DNA of 33,848 nt from Hanamia sp. (GCA_035475995.1 DATILZ010000239.1:1-33848), one strand, 5' to 3'; shown: positions 17,892 through 26,614, numbered from the stretch's first letter. Notes: generated from the sequence alone by a model not told the origin. A program made the numbers and translations.

Positions 17892-19265
17892 ATGAAAAAA
17901 AGTTTGTTTACTCTTTGTTTTCTAGTGATCGCTTTTGCTTCTTTTGCTCAAACAAAGAAAGTGGTTGCCGATAAAATAATCGCAACAGTTGGGGATAAAA
18001 TAATTTTAAAAAGCGATATTGAAAACAGCATTCACGATATGCAGCGTCAAAATATCGACATTCCAGCAAATGCCTCTTGCTTGCTTTTGCAGCAGGCGCT
18101 TGCAATGAAAGCGTTAGTACTACAGGCAGATAAAGATTCTCTTCCGGTTTCTGATGAAGATGTAAATGCAGAGATCGACAACAGGGTGCGTTATTACATT
18201 AATACATATGGGTCAAAAGAAATTCTTGAACAAATAGCGGGAAAAACAGTTTTTCAGTTAAAAGAAGAATTCAGGCCGGTGATCCGCGATCAGAAACTGG
18301 CGCAGGCAGAAAGAGATAAGATCGTAGGTGATGTAAGAATTACGCCAAAAGAAGTAGAAGCATATTATGCTAAAATTCCAAAGGACAGCCTTAAATTTTA
18401 TGAGTCGCAACTGGAGATCGGTCAGATAGTAATTTACCCAAAAGCCAGCCGTGACGTGGAAAATTATGCTATCGATCAATTGAAAGAATACAAAAAGGAG
18501 GTGGAGGATGGCAGCAAAAAATTTGAAACACTTGCTTCCCTTTTTTCAGACGACCCGGGGAGTAAAGATAATGGCGGCCTGTATGAGATCAACCGTAATG
18601 AAAAGCAATGGGACCCGGTTTTTTTGGCAAAAGCATTCAGTCTGAAAGATGGTCAGATCTCTAACGTTTTTAAAACAAAATTTGGCTATCATATTATTCA
18701 AATGGTGAGCCGCCGCGGTGATGATGCTACCATCAGGCACATCCTGAAAATTCCGCAGGTAAGTTCAATAGAAATTAATGCTGCCAAAGAAAAACTTGAT
18801 TCTATAAGAACGCAACTGGTAAAAGGAACCATTACATTTGGTGAAGCTGTGGCAAAATACAGTGAAGACGATAATAGTAAGTTTACCGGAGGACGCATTA
18901 CAGCGCCGGATGGAAGTGGCAGTACGTTTTTGACTATTGATCAATTAGATAAAGACCTTGTGCTCATGCTTAAGAATTTAAAAGTAGGCGAATATTCAGC
19001 ACCGACAGAATTTATGGATCAGTCTGCGCGTAAAAAAGCAGTAAGAATTGTTGACATTCTGACCAAAACCGAACCACATCGTGAAAATCTGAAAGATGAC
19101 TATGATAAGGTGGCTCAAAGAGCATTGGAAGAAAAGAAAAATGATGTTCTGGATCAATGGTTTAACAAGGCCATTCCTACTTTTTATATAAACATTGCGA
19201 AGGAATATGACACATGCCCCGAGTTGGGAAAATGGACAGAGAAGAATATTACCGCTAATAATTAG
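17892..19265 (+). CDS. surA: SurA-like periplasmic peptidyl-prolyl isomerase/chaperone
   Basis: Signal peptide, ADKIIATVGD N-domain, two parvulin domains (SDDPGSKDNGG, KTKFGYHII, YSED); TATTTTTG at 17834-17841. Confidence 0.88.
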   Translation: MKKSLFTLCFLVIAFASFAQTKKVVADKIIATVGDKIILKSDIENSIHDMQRQNIDIPANASCLLLQQALAMKALVLQADKDSLPVSDEDVNAEIDNRVRYYINTYGSKEILEQIAGKTVFQLKEEFRPVIRDQKLAQAERDKIVGDVRITPKEVEAYYAKIPKDSLKFYESQLEIGQIVIYPKASRDVENYAIDQLKEYKKEVEDGSKKFETLASLFSDDPGSKDNGGLYEINRNEKQWDPVFLAKAFSLKDGQISNVFKTKFGYHIIQMVSRRGDDATIRHILKIPQVSSIEINAAKEKLDSIRTQLVKGTITFGEAVAKYSEDDNSKFTGGRITAPDGSGSTFLTIDQLDKDLVLMLKNLKVGEYSAPTEFMDQSARKKAVRIVDILTKTEPHRENLKDDYDKVAQRALEEKKNDVLDQWFNKAIPTFYINIAKEYDTCPELGKWTEKNITANN

Positions 19266-19443
19266 ATAGAAACAAAGCATTGGAACGGTTTCATCTGGCA
19301 AAAGAATTTCAATGAATGCCGCAAAATATATTTCTTCCAGAGTTGCTTTCCAGACTATTCATCTTTTATAAATTCTTACTTTTTTTGTTTTAAAAAGATA
19401 CTTTGCTATTACTATCAATAAATGAACAGACGTGTTTCCCATT

Positions 19444-20688
19444 CTACGCCAGTTCAATGAGACGTTCTTTTTTCACGCTTGCCGCAATCCGGATTAATCC
19501 TGCTCCCATAGCAATAGCGGCGTAAAATAAAATGGTATTTGCAAATGGTAAAGGTTCAAAATTCAATACTTCCAATCCCTGGGCCATCAAAGTGAATTCC
19601 TGCACCAGTACACCTATTGTAAAAATAATTACTCCTGCACCGGAAATTTTTCCTCCTCTTTCGCTTAATATTTGATTAATATATCCGAGAATAAAAAATG
19701 AAATAATTCCGAGGAAAGACAAATGCAGATATCCGATTACAATTGGCCTGAATCCAAATGCATAATTACTGAAAAAAGGAATGATGGAAAATGTTTGTAA
19801 AACGATTTTCAGAATAAAAGCGATTGCAGCCATAGTCCACAAATACCTGGTTGTTTTCGTAATTTTTCGTGGAATATTTTTTTTCACAGCCGGGAATAAC
19901 CTGATAAAATAAAATAAAACCAGCAATTGCAGAATACCTGAAATATTTGCCAGCAAATGCAGTGGACGCGGCAACTTTAACCAAAGAATGGATAACAGGT
20001 AAGTCGGCGCTACAGTTATCGCCATGATAATAAATAAATGTTTATTGATAGCAACAGTTGGTAAAAATCCTTTACCAAACAAATAAGAAAACAACAATCC
20101 AAAACAAACAAATAAAAACCAGCCATTATATTGAAAATGGAGAAAGAAATATAAAGCGCCAAAATAATAATCCTGAACGGTACTGAAATTTACCATTAAA
20201 TAAGCAAGAGTAATTTCACCAAAACTGGCAATGGCCATCAGTATTAATGCTGCTTTAAACCATTTCGGAGCATAAGATTTATCGGTTACCTTATTTAGAT
20301 CAAACCAATAAAAAAAAATAAAAAACCAGGAAATCAGAATAGATATAATTGAAAATGAAATGGAAAAATATCCATAGCCCTGGATAATAAAAGTAACAAA
20401 CATCCCATAAGCCGAAATACAACCGCTGATTAATATCCAACTATATTTTCTGTAATTCGTCATTACATTTTGCCGCAGAAGATAATTAATCATCAAAACC
20501 ATTAAAGCAATGGTTACCCAGCCCATAAATGCAAAGTTGGAATGCGCATATAATAAATGTTTCTGATTTACGATTGGAAGCGGAAAATTTATTTTATACC
20601 TCATCGTAATTCCTGCAAGCGCTACAACACAAAAATTAATTATAGCGATTTGAATCCATGTTTTTACAGGAAATAAATTTTTGGTCAT
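19444..20688 (-). CDS. Polytopic membrane protein with His motifs (NnrS / heme-copper oxidase subunit I-like, function unknown)
   Basis: About 12 TM segments; AHSN.AF.GW, LHFQYNGWF and IGYLHL motifs. ATG at 20688 preferred over the TTG at 20706. Confidence 0.7.
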   Translation of the reverse strand: MTKNLFPVKTWIQIAIINFCVVALAGITMRYKINFPLPIVNQKHLLYAHSNFAFMGWVTIALMVLMINYLLRQNVMTNYRKYSWILISGCISAYGMFVTFIIQGYGYFSISFSIISILISWFFIFFYWFDLNKVTDKSYAPKWFKAALILMAIASFGEITLAYLMVNFSTVQDYYFGALYFFLHFQYNGWFLFVCFGLLFSYLFGKGFLPTVAINKHLFIIMAITVAPTYLLSILWLKLPRPLHLLANISGILQLLVLFYFIRLFPAVKKNIPRKITKTTRYLWTMAAIAFILKIVLQTFSIIPFFSNYAFGFRPIVIGYLHLSFLGIISFFILGYINQILSERGGKISGAGVIIFTIGVLVQEFTLMAQGLEVLNFEPLPFANTILFYAAIAMGAGLIRIAASVKKERLIELA

Positions 20689-20751
20689 ATTTTTCAAGTT
20701 AATCAATAATTGAGCTGTTGCAAAAAAAAATAAGCTACTTGGTATGAAATA

Positions 20752-20763
20752 TGATGCTTATCA
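20752..20763. promoter_or_regulatory. FNR/DNR (Crp family)-type box 1
   Basis: TGAT-GCTT-ATCA; centre is 36.5 bp from the G of the minus-strand TTTGC at 20721. Confidence 0.65.
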
Positions 20764-20780
20764 GTCAAATACACTTTTCT

Positions 20781-20798
20781 TTATGATTAATGTCATAA
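20781..20798. promoter_or_regulatory. FNR/DNR (Crp family)-type box 2
   Basis: TTATGAT-TAAT-GTCATAA; centre is 36.5 bp from the G of the plus-strand TAATATTG (20819-20826). Confidence 0.65.
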
Positions 20799-20851
20799 AA
20801 AGAGTATATTGATTTCTGTAATATTGCAAAGTAAAATAAAAACTCATCGTT

Positions 20852-21358
20852 ATGAAAAAAATGATTATCATTTGTTCTTTAGCTTTCTCATCGGCCATAT
20901 TTTTTGCATGCAACGGCTCGGGCAATAAGGAAAATACTACCACAGAGCCTGATACCACAGCCACAACCGCAGCCACTGATACCGGAACCACTGCAAACGG
21001 AAATCCATCTTACGATCCAAATCGTGGAGAAGGTAAATTTCATGATGTGAAATTGAGTGATAAACTAGATGCTCATGAAGCTGCAGAAGGAGAAAAAATA
21101 TATTCGCTGAAATGTTCTTCCTGTCACAAACTTACTGATGAAAGGCTGGTTGGTCCCGGATGGAAAGGCGTAACTACGAGGCATAAACCCGAATGGATTA
21201 TGAATTTTGTTACAAATACGGATGACATGATAGATAAAGACCCAAAAGCACAGGCAATGCTTGAAATTTGTATGGTGCGGATGCCGAATCAGAATTTGAC
21301 TGATGATCAGGCCCGTGAGATTCTTGAATTCATGCGAAAAAATGATGGAGTAAAATAA
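20852..21358 (+). CDS. Monoheme class I cytochrome c lipoprotein
   Basis: Lipobox FFAC, Thr-rich linker, CSSCH heme motif, VGP, distal Met in RMPNQ. Confidence 0.93.
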   Translation: MKKMIIICSLAFSSAIFFACNGSGNKENTTTEPDTTATTAATDTGTTANGNPSYDPNRGEGKFHDVKLSDKLDAHEAAEGEKIYSLKCSSCHKLTDERLVGPGWKGVTTRHKPEWIMNFVTNTDDMIDKDPKAQAMLEICMVRMPNQNLTDDQAREILEFMRKNDGVK

Positions 21359-21388
21359 GTTTTTTCATTGTTTAATAAATATAGATTT

Positions 21389-21420
21389 ACCGGGTATAAT
21401 CACTTTATACCCGGTTTTTT
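21389..21420 (+). terminator. Intrinsic terminator after cytochrome c
   Basis: ACCGGGTATAA-TCACT-TTATACCCGGT followed by a T run. Confidence 0.88.
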
Positions 21421-21713
21421 ATATAAATATTTCATTTTGTTTTGTCAGCAAACAAATAATCGCAATTCCTGCTTCTAAATATCGATGTTGGCAACATGAT
21501 TTTCTCCTCCATTTTTTAAGTTTAGTATGTTTTTATTTTTTTTAGGAAAATGATTAGTATTCTGTTGCCGCTTTCTTTTCGTAACGCTTGGATTAGCCTT
21601 AAATAACAAAGAAGAAAGATCACTCATTTCACTTTCAAATCAATCAGAAATAAGGATCAGTTAGTGACTTTTTTTCAGTAAATTTTCCCATAAAACACGG
21701 GAATATTTTGTTT

Positions 21714-21721
21714 TACATTTG
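21714..21721 (+). promoter_or_regulatory. -7 element (TACATTTG), 5 nt before the gldA ATG
   Basis: TACATTTG-CTAAC-ATG. Confidence 0.6.
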
Positions 21722-21726
21722 CTAAC

Positions 21727-22632
21727 ATGTCTATCAGCGTTTCCAATCTTACAAAAGTTTATGGCAGCCAAAAAGCGGTTGATGATATTTCATTTGCTGT
21801 CGCTAATAATGAGATTGTTGGCTTTTTAGGGCCAAATGGTGCGGGAAAATCAACAACTATGAAAATTATTACCGGTTTTCTTGCGGCAGATTCAGGAAAT
21901 GCTGAGGTAAATGGAGTTAAAGTAAATATTGATCCGGTTGAAGCTAAAAAACAAATTGGTTATTTGCCTGAAGGAAATCCACTCTATTATGAAATGTATG
22001 TACGCGAGTATCTGGAATTTATTGCCGGTGTTCATCATCTGAAAAACGATGTGAAAAGACGCGTTGAAGAAGTGATTGATCTCACAGGTTTGCGTGTCGA
22101 AAGCAATAAGAAAACAGGACAGTTGAGCAAGGGTTACAAACAAAGAGTCGGCCTTGCCGCCGCGCTCATCCATGATCCAAAAGTATTAATATTAGACGAG
22201 CCGACAACGGGATTGGATCCCAACCAGATTGTTGAGATCAGGCAGCTGATAAAAGAACTGGGGAAAAATAAAACGGTACTTTTTTCGTCTCATATTTTAC
22301 AGGAAGTAGAAAGCATTTGCGACAGGATTATTATTATTAACAAAGGAAAAATTGTAGCTGATGATACTTTAATAAATCTTCAATCATCCAATAAAAATAT
22401 ACATACCGTACTGGTTGCATTTGGCAAAAAAATTAATCCCGATTTATTAAAAGCTCTTCCGGCGGTTGAAAATGTGGAAGAGATTCAAAACCAATATCAT
22501 ATTCGAACTTCTGATCCTGATAAGCTGAAAAAACTTTTACTGGAATTCAGCCTGCAGAATAACCTTGATATTCTTTCCTTGCAAACAAAAAGTAAAAGCC
22601 TGGAAGAAGTATTTCGAAATCTTACTGTTTGA
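21727..22632 (+). CDS. gldA: Gliding-motility-associated ABC transporter ATP-binding protein GldA
   Basis: GPNGAGKST, LSKGYKQRVG and LDEPTTGLDPNQ motifs; MSI.V..LTK.YG.QKA N-terminus and LEEVFRNLT end are typical of GldA; 301 aa. Confidence 0.85.
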   Translation: MSISVSNLTKVYGSQKAVDDISFAVANNEIVGFLGPNGAGKSTTMKIITGFLAADSGNAEVNGVKVNIDPVEAKKQIGYLPEGNPLYYEMYVREYLEFIAGVHHLKNDVKRRVEEVIDLTGLRVESNKKTGQLSKGYKQRVGLAAALIHDPKVLILDEPTTGLDPNQIVEIRQLIKELGKNKTVLFSSHILQEVESICDRIIIINKGKIVADDTLINLQSSNKNIHTVLVAFGKKINPDLLKALPAVENVEEIQNQYHIRTSDPDKLKKLLLEFSLQNNLDILSLQTKSKSLEEVFRNLTV

Positions 22633-22647
22633 TTGAAAATAATCTCC

Positions 22648-22747
22648 GCCACGAATAACACGAATAAAATCTTTAAGCCACGAATAACACGAATTTTCAC
22701 GGATTAAATTATTAGCCAAAATTTGTGGAATTCGTGCAATTCGTGGC
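22648..22747. repeat. Composite 9-bp-unit inverted repeat element (nnCACGAAT)
   Basis: GCCACGAATAACACGAAT at 22648-22665 and 22677-22694 (identical), with the inverted arm ATTCGTGCAATTCGTGGC at 22730-22747. Confidence 0.85.
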
Positions 22748-22806
22748 AAAGTCATTTGCGAAGCAAATAAAAATTCAAAAGGCTACTTTTGTTTAAAAAA
22801 AAACCG

Positions 22807-24078
22807 ATGAAAGCAGTTGTCTTTATCTTAATTTCATTTTGTATGACTTCTTCTCTGTTTGCCCAAAATATCGTTGGCAACTGGAATGGCAATATTGATA
22901 TAAACGGCGCACAACTTCCGATTGTTTTTCATTTTACAAAAGACGATTCGGGAAATATTACCGGTAAATGGGATAGTCCAAAACAAAATGCAAACGGATT
23001 GCCTTTCAGTGCAATTGATGTAAATGGCGATAGTCTTCATCTCGATATAAAAATGATTGGCGGATCATATCAGGGCCGTTTTGTAAACAACGATTCAATT
23101 TCGGGAGTCTGGAACCAGGGAGGACACGGGATTCCATTGAATTTTTCCAGAACAACAGAGAATGAACACGTAAAAACAGTGGTTTCTGTTTATCCAAATG
23201 AAAAAGAAATTTCCATTACTTCTGCTGCCGGAAGCAAACTGTATGGAACGCTATTATCCAAAAATAACCAACAAAGAATAGCGATTATTATTGCCGGTTC
23301 GGGCCCGACTGATCGTGATGGAAACAGTATGATCAGTGCGCCTACCAATGAATATAAATTGCTTGCTCATTCTTTAGATTCGCAAAACATCGCCACTTTC
23401 CGTTTTGATAAAAGAGGAGTGGCAAAAAGCGCAGTTCCAAATTTTAAAGAAAGTGACCTGGTTTTCGATGATTATGTGAAAGATGCCGAAAAGATTTTTG
23501 ATTATTTGCATGATACACTTGGTTTCAAAAATATTTATTTTATCGGCCACAGTGAAGGTTCTTTGATTGGAATGCTTGCTTCGCAAAAGAAAAAAGCAGC
23601 TGGCTATATTTCTGTTGCCGGAGCCGGGCGCCCGATTGATCTAATATTGCAAGAACAACTGCAAAAGCAGCCATTTCCGGATTCAATAAAGCAAGAAATA
23701 CCGAAGATTTTTAATCAGTTGAAGCAAGGAAAAGAAGTAAATAATTTTCCCGAAACGCTGGCGCCGCTTTTTAGAAAATCCATTCAGCCATATATGATTT
23801 CATGGTTGAAATATTCCCCGGAAAATGAAATAAAAAAAGTCAGATGCCCGATTCTGATTATTCAGGGCGGTTGTGATATCCAGGTAAACGTAGAAGACGC
23901 GAACAATCTTCATAACGGAAACAAAAAAAGCACTTTGGAAATTATTCCTCGTATGTCTCACATATTAAAAGATGCAGGCAAAGATTGCGTAGATCAAAAT
24001 AAAACTTATACAGATGGTTCAATGCCAATTGATCCGATTCTCGTTCGGGATATTGTGAAATTTATACAGAAAAATTAA
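22807..24078 (+). CDS. Secreted alpha/beta hydrolase with N-terminal beta-rich domain
   Basis: Signal peptide, GSGPTDRDG, FDKRG, nucleophile GHSEG, D.QV and MSH motifs. Start moved to ATG 22807 because TTG 22789 lies within the promoter match TACTTTTG (22784-22791). Confidence 0.88.
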   Translation: MKAVVFILISFCMTSSLFAQNIVGNWNGNIDINGAQLPIVFHFTKDDSGNITGKWDSPKQNANGLPFSAIDVNGDSLHLDIKMIGGSYQGRFVNNDSISGVWNQGGHGIPLNFSRTTENEHVKTVVSVYPNEKEISITSAAGSKLYGTLLSKNNQQRIAIIIAGSGPTDRDGNSMISAPTNEYKLLAHSLDSQNIATFRFDKRGVAKSAVPNFKESDLVFDDYVKDAEKIFDYLHDTLGFKNIYFIGHSEGSLIGMLASQKKKAAGYISVAGAGRPIDLILQEQLQKQPFPDSIKQEIPKIFNQLKQGKEVNNFPETLAPLFRKSIQPYMISWLKYSPENEIKKVRCPILIIQGGCDIQVNVEDANNLHNGNKKSTLEIIPRMSHILKDAGKDCVDQNKTYTDGSMPIDPILVRDIVKFIQKN

Positions 24079-24107
24079 ACCGGTTTTAATCTATTAAAGT
24101 AGAAAAC

Positions 24108-25202
24108 ATGGAGCTTTCAGAAGTTGTAAAAACGAAAATCCAGGAACAAGGGCCGCTTTCTTTTCGGGATTTCATGGATATGGCGCTTTATTATCCATCA
24201 CTCGGATATTATAATTCAGATAAAAACAAGATCGGGAAAGAAGGCGACTTTTATACAAGCCCGGTTCTCAGCTCTTTATTTGGTGAAATGATTGGAAAGC
24301 AAATAGAAGAAATGTGGTTTCTGCTCGATAAAAAACCGTTTACCATTGTAGAATATGGCGCAGGCACCGGAGCGCTTGCTTTTGACATTCTTCGGTATCT
24401 TAAAAATAATCCCGCTTTATACAATGAACTGAATTATTGCATTATTGAAAAGGGGGAAAAAATGCGGAAGTTGCAAAAGAATTTATTAACAGAAAAAGCT
24501 TCCTGGTATGATTCTATCAAACAAATTACGGCAATAAATGGGTGTGTTTTATCAAATGAATTGCTTGATAATTTTCCCGTTCATAAAGTGATTATGAAAG
24601 ATGAACTGATGGAAGTTTTTGTAGATTATAAAAATGATTTTAAAGAAATTTTACAACCTGCAAATGAAGAGTTGAAGAATTATTTTACTGAACAAAATAT
24701 TGTTTTGCCCAAAGATTACTGCACTGAAATAAACCTGGAGGCACTTGACTGGCTGAAAGATATTTCTGAAAAATTGCAATCCGGTTTTGTACTTACTATC
24801 GATTATGGTTTTTCATCTGTTGAACTTTATAGTGCTAAAAGAAATGCAGGTACGCTTTTGTCTTACAAAGGTCATCAGATAAATAACTCGCCTTATCAGA
24901 ATATAGGACAACAGGATATTACAGCACATGTGAATTTTTCTGCCTTAGCTCATTGGGGAGGAAAATTTGGTTTAAAATGTTGTGGTTTTACAACCCAGGC
25001 AAACTTCCTCCGTTCATTAGGATTGATGAATTATTTAAGAAAATTAGAGATTGAAAATAAAGATTCAGAAAACAAAGATTTCATTTTTCAAATTAATAAA
25101 TTAATCGTGGATATGGGAAATAAATTTAAAGTTCTGATTCAGCAGAAAGGTGAAAAATGTAGAATGCTTACCGGAATGCAATTTGCAGATCCGTATCCAT
25201 AA
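24108..25202 (+). CDS. SAM-dependent methyltransferase, MidA/NDUFAF7 (DUF185) family
   Basis: FMDMALY...GYY, GDFYTSP, EYGAGTG, SNELLD, IDYG and QDITAHVNF motifs. Confidence 0.92.
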   Translation: MELSEVVKTKIQEQGPLSFRDFMDMALYYPSLGYYNSDKNKIGKEGDFYTSPVLSSLFGEMIGKQIEEMWFLLDKKPFTIVEYGAGTGALAFDILRYLKNNPALYNELNYCIIEKGEKMRKLQKNLLTEKASWYDSIKQITAINGCVLSNELLDNFPVHKVIMKDELMEVFVDYKNDFKEILQPANEELKNYFTEQNIVLPKDYCTEINLEALDWLKDISEKLQSGFVLTIDYGFSSVELYSAKRNAGTLLSYKGHQINNSPYQNIGQQDITAHVNFSALAHWGGKFGLKCCGFTTQANFLRSLGLMNYLRKLEIENKDSENKDFIFQINKLIVDMGNKFKVLIQQKGEKCRMLTGMQFADPYP

Positions 25203-25210
25203 ATTAAACC

Positions 25211-25243
25211 AAAGCTATAAGGTTTTTGAAACCTTATAGGTTT
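25211..25243. repeat. REP-like palindrome / possible bidirectional terminator between convergent genes
   Basis: AAAG-CTATAAGGTTT-TTG-AAACCTTATAG-GTTT, perfect 11-bp core stem. Confidence 0.75.
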
Positions 25244-25258
25244 TTAGAACATAGATTT

Positions 25259-26515
25259 CTAAAAATCTGAAGGAAATGTTTCGGGTACCTTTCTTCTGTC
25301 GGGATGCAAAGGCAATGGATGCAAGGCTTTTGTCTGATCAATAAACATTAGCGCATCGTATCGCTGCGGAAGAAGTGAAGGCACGTAATTTCCATATCTT
25401 TCCATCGCCGGATCATAAACCACTCCTATCGCCCGATGAGGAATTTTATTGAAATATGCCTCATCCATATCCTGGCTGAAAATGAGATACCGGTTCTTGT
25501 TACTTTCTTCATGCAATCTTCTTTCTATGCTTCCGCTTCTTGCTTCCGGCACATCCATTACCTCCATTGGCGCTCCCCATTCTTCACCGGCGATCACGGT
25601 GCCGCGGTAGCTTGCAAATCCTGCCAGGTAAACGTTTTGTTCACCATATTGTTCCCGTGCCAGTTCGCCAATATTTACCATTCCTGCCCGGCTCATGTCT
25701 GTGGCTCTTGCATCACCGATGTGTGTATTATGTTCCCACACGATTCCTTTTGCATTCGTGCCATGAAATTTCATCAACCGGTCTAAAGTTTCCATCATGT
25801 GGCGGTCGCGCACATTCCAACTTTCATTGTCAAAGCCAATCATGGTTCGATAATATTTCTCTGCATTCACTGCAATTAATGCATTTTGTTCTGTATTAAA
25901 TCCGGCTTCCCGGTCGCCATCTAAAAACTGTGCTTTCATTCGAACCTCCCTTAAAAGTGCCAAGACTTCATCGCGGCAACCGGTATCATTTAAAGTATAA
26001 CGTGCATATTGCTGTTCATTTTCATTGAAAGGCTCAAAACATTGTATCGCTTTTTTTACCGATTTAGCAGCTTGCGGATCTTCTGTTTCCAAATAACTCA
26101 TCATTGCTTTCATTGAATCCCAAAGGCTGTAAACGTCGAGGCCATAAAAGCCAACCTTTTTATCAGCAGATAAATTTTTGTTGAATTCCCTCATCCATTC
26201 TGCAAGCCCGGCCACTTCCCAGTTCCCCCACATCCAGGTAGGCCAACGGTCAAAATTTTTCAATACATCTTCTATATCATCGCCTGCGTCCTTATATCCT
26301 TTTACAAAACGGTTGATCTTGTAACAATCTGGCCAGTCGCCTTCTACCGCGATGAAATTAAATCCTTTTTCTTCTATTAATCTTTTTGAAATCCGCGCCC
26401 GCCAGGTGTAAAACTCATGAGTGCCATGTGATGCCTCGCCAAGCATTACAATCGGGCGGTTACCAATATCTTCCAGCAGCGGATCAAGATCTCTTGAATT
26501 ATATAATGGATGCAT
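25259..26515 (-). CDS. Erythromycin esterase (Ere) family protein
   Basis: LGEASHGTHEFY, AVEGDWPD, FYGLDVY, WNVRDRHM, VWEHNTH and RAIGVVY motifs. Confidence 0.92.
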   Translation of the reverse strand: MHPLYNSRDLDPLLEDIGNRPIVMLGEASHGTHEFYTWRARISKRLIEEKGFNFIAVEGDWPDCYKINRFVKGYKDAGDDIEDVLKNFDRWPTWMWGNWEVAGLAEWMREFNKNLSADKKVGFYGLDVYSLWDSMKAMMSYLETEDPQAAKSVKKAIQCFEPFNENEQQYARYTLNDTGCRDEVLALLREVRMKAQFLDGDREAGFNTEQNALIAVNAEKYYRTMIGFDNESWNVRDRHMMETLDRLMKFHGTNAKGIVWEHNTHIGDARATDMSRAGMVNIGELAREQYGEQNVYLAGFASYRGTVIAGEEWGAPMEVMDVPEARSGSIERRLHEESNKNRYLIFSQDMDEAYFNKIPHRAIGVVYDPAMERYGNYVPSLLPQRYDALMFIDQTKALHPLPLHPDRRKVPETFPSDF

Positions 26516-26540
26516 GATGTTGATTTTTTGCTAAAAAGCC

Positions 26541-26556
26541 ACAATTTGCTTGCCAA
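26541..26556 (-). promoter_or_regulatory. Candidate sigma54 -24/-12 promoter
   Basis: Minus strand TTGGCAAGCAAATTGT (GG-N10-GT versus consensus GG-N10-GC), 25 nt upstream of the ATG. Confidence 0.5.
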
Positions 26557-26614
26557 AGGGAATCTGTAAAAACAGGAATTAAGTTTATTTCTCGTTTGCT
26601 TGCGCTGAAAAGGT

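Noticed and set aside
20722-20730. A9 tract as a phase-variable promoter switch
   Set aside because: The current length gives the same 36.5-bp box spacing as the divergent promoter, and A/T runs are common in this AT-rich DNA.
21727-22632. ABC ATPase as NosF of a nos cluster next to the cytochrome c
   Set aside because: Sequence features fit GldA, it is separated by a terminator, and nosZ, nosD, nosY and nosL are absent.
22497-22755. Two minus-strand ORFs with IRVIR-like repeats
   Set aside because: Translation artefacts of the 9-bp-unit repeat element, overlapping gldA antisense.
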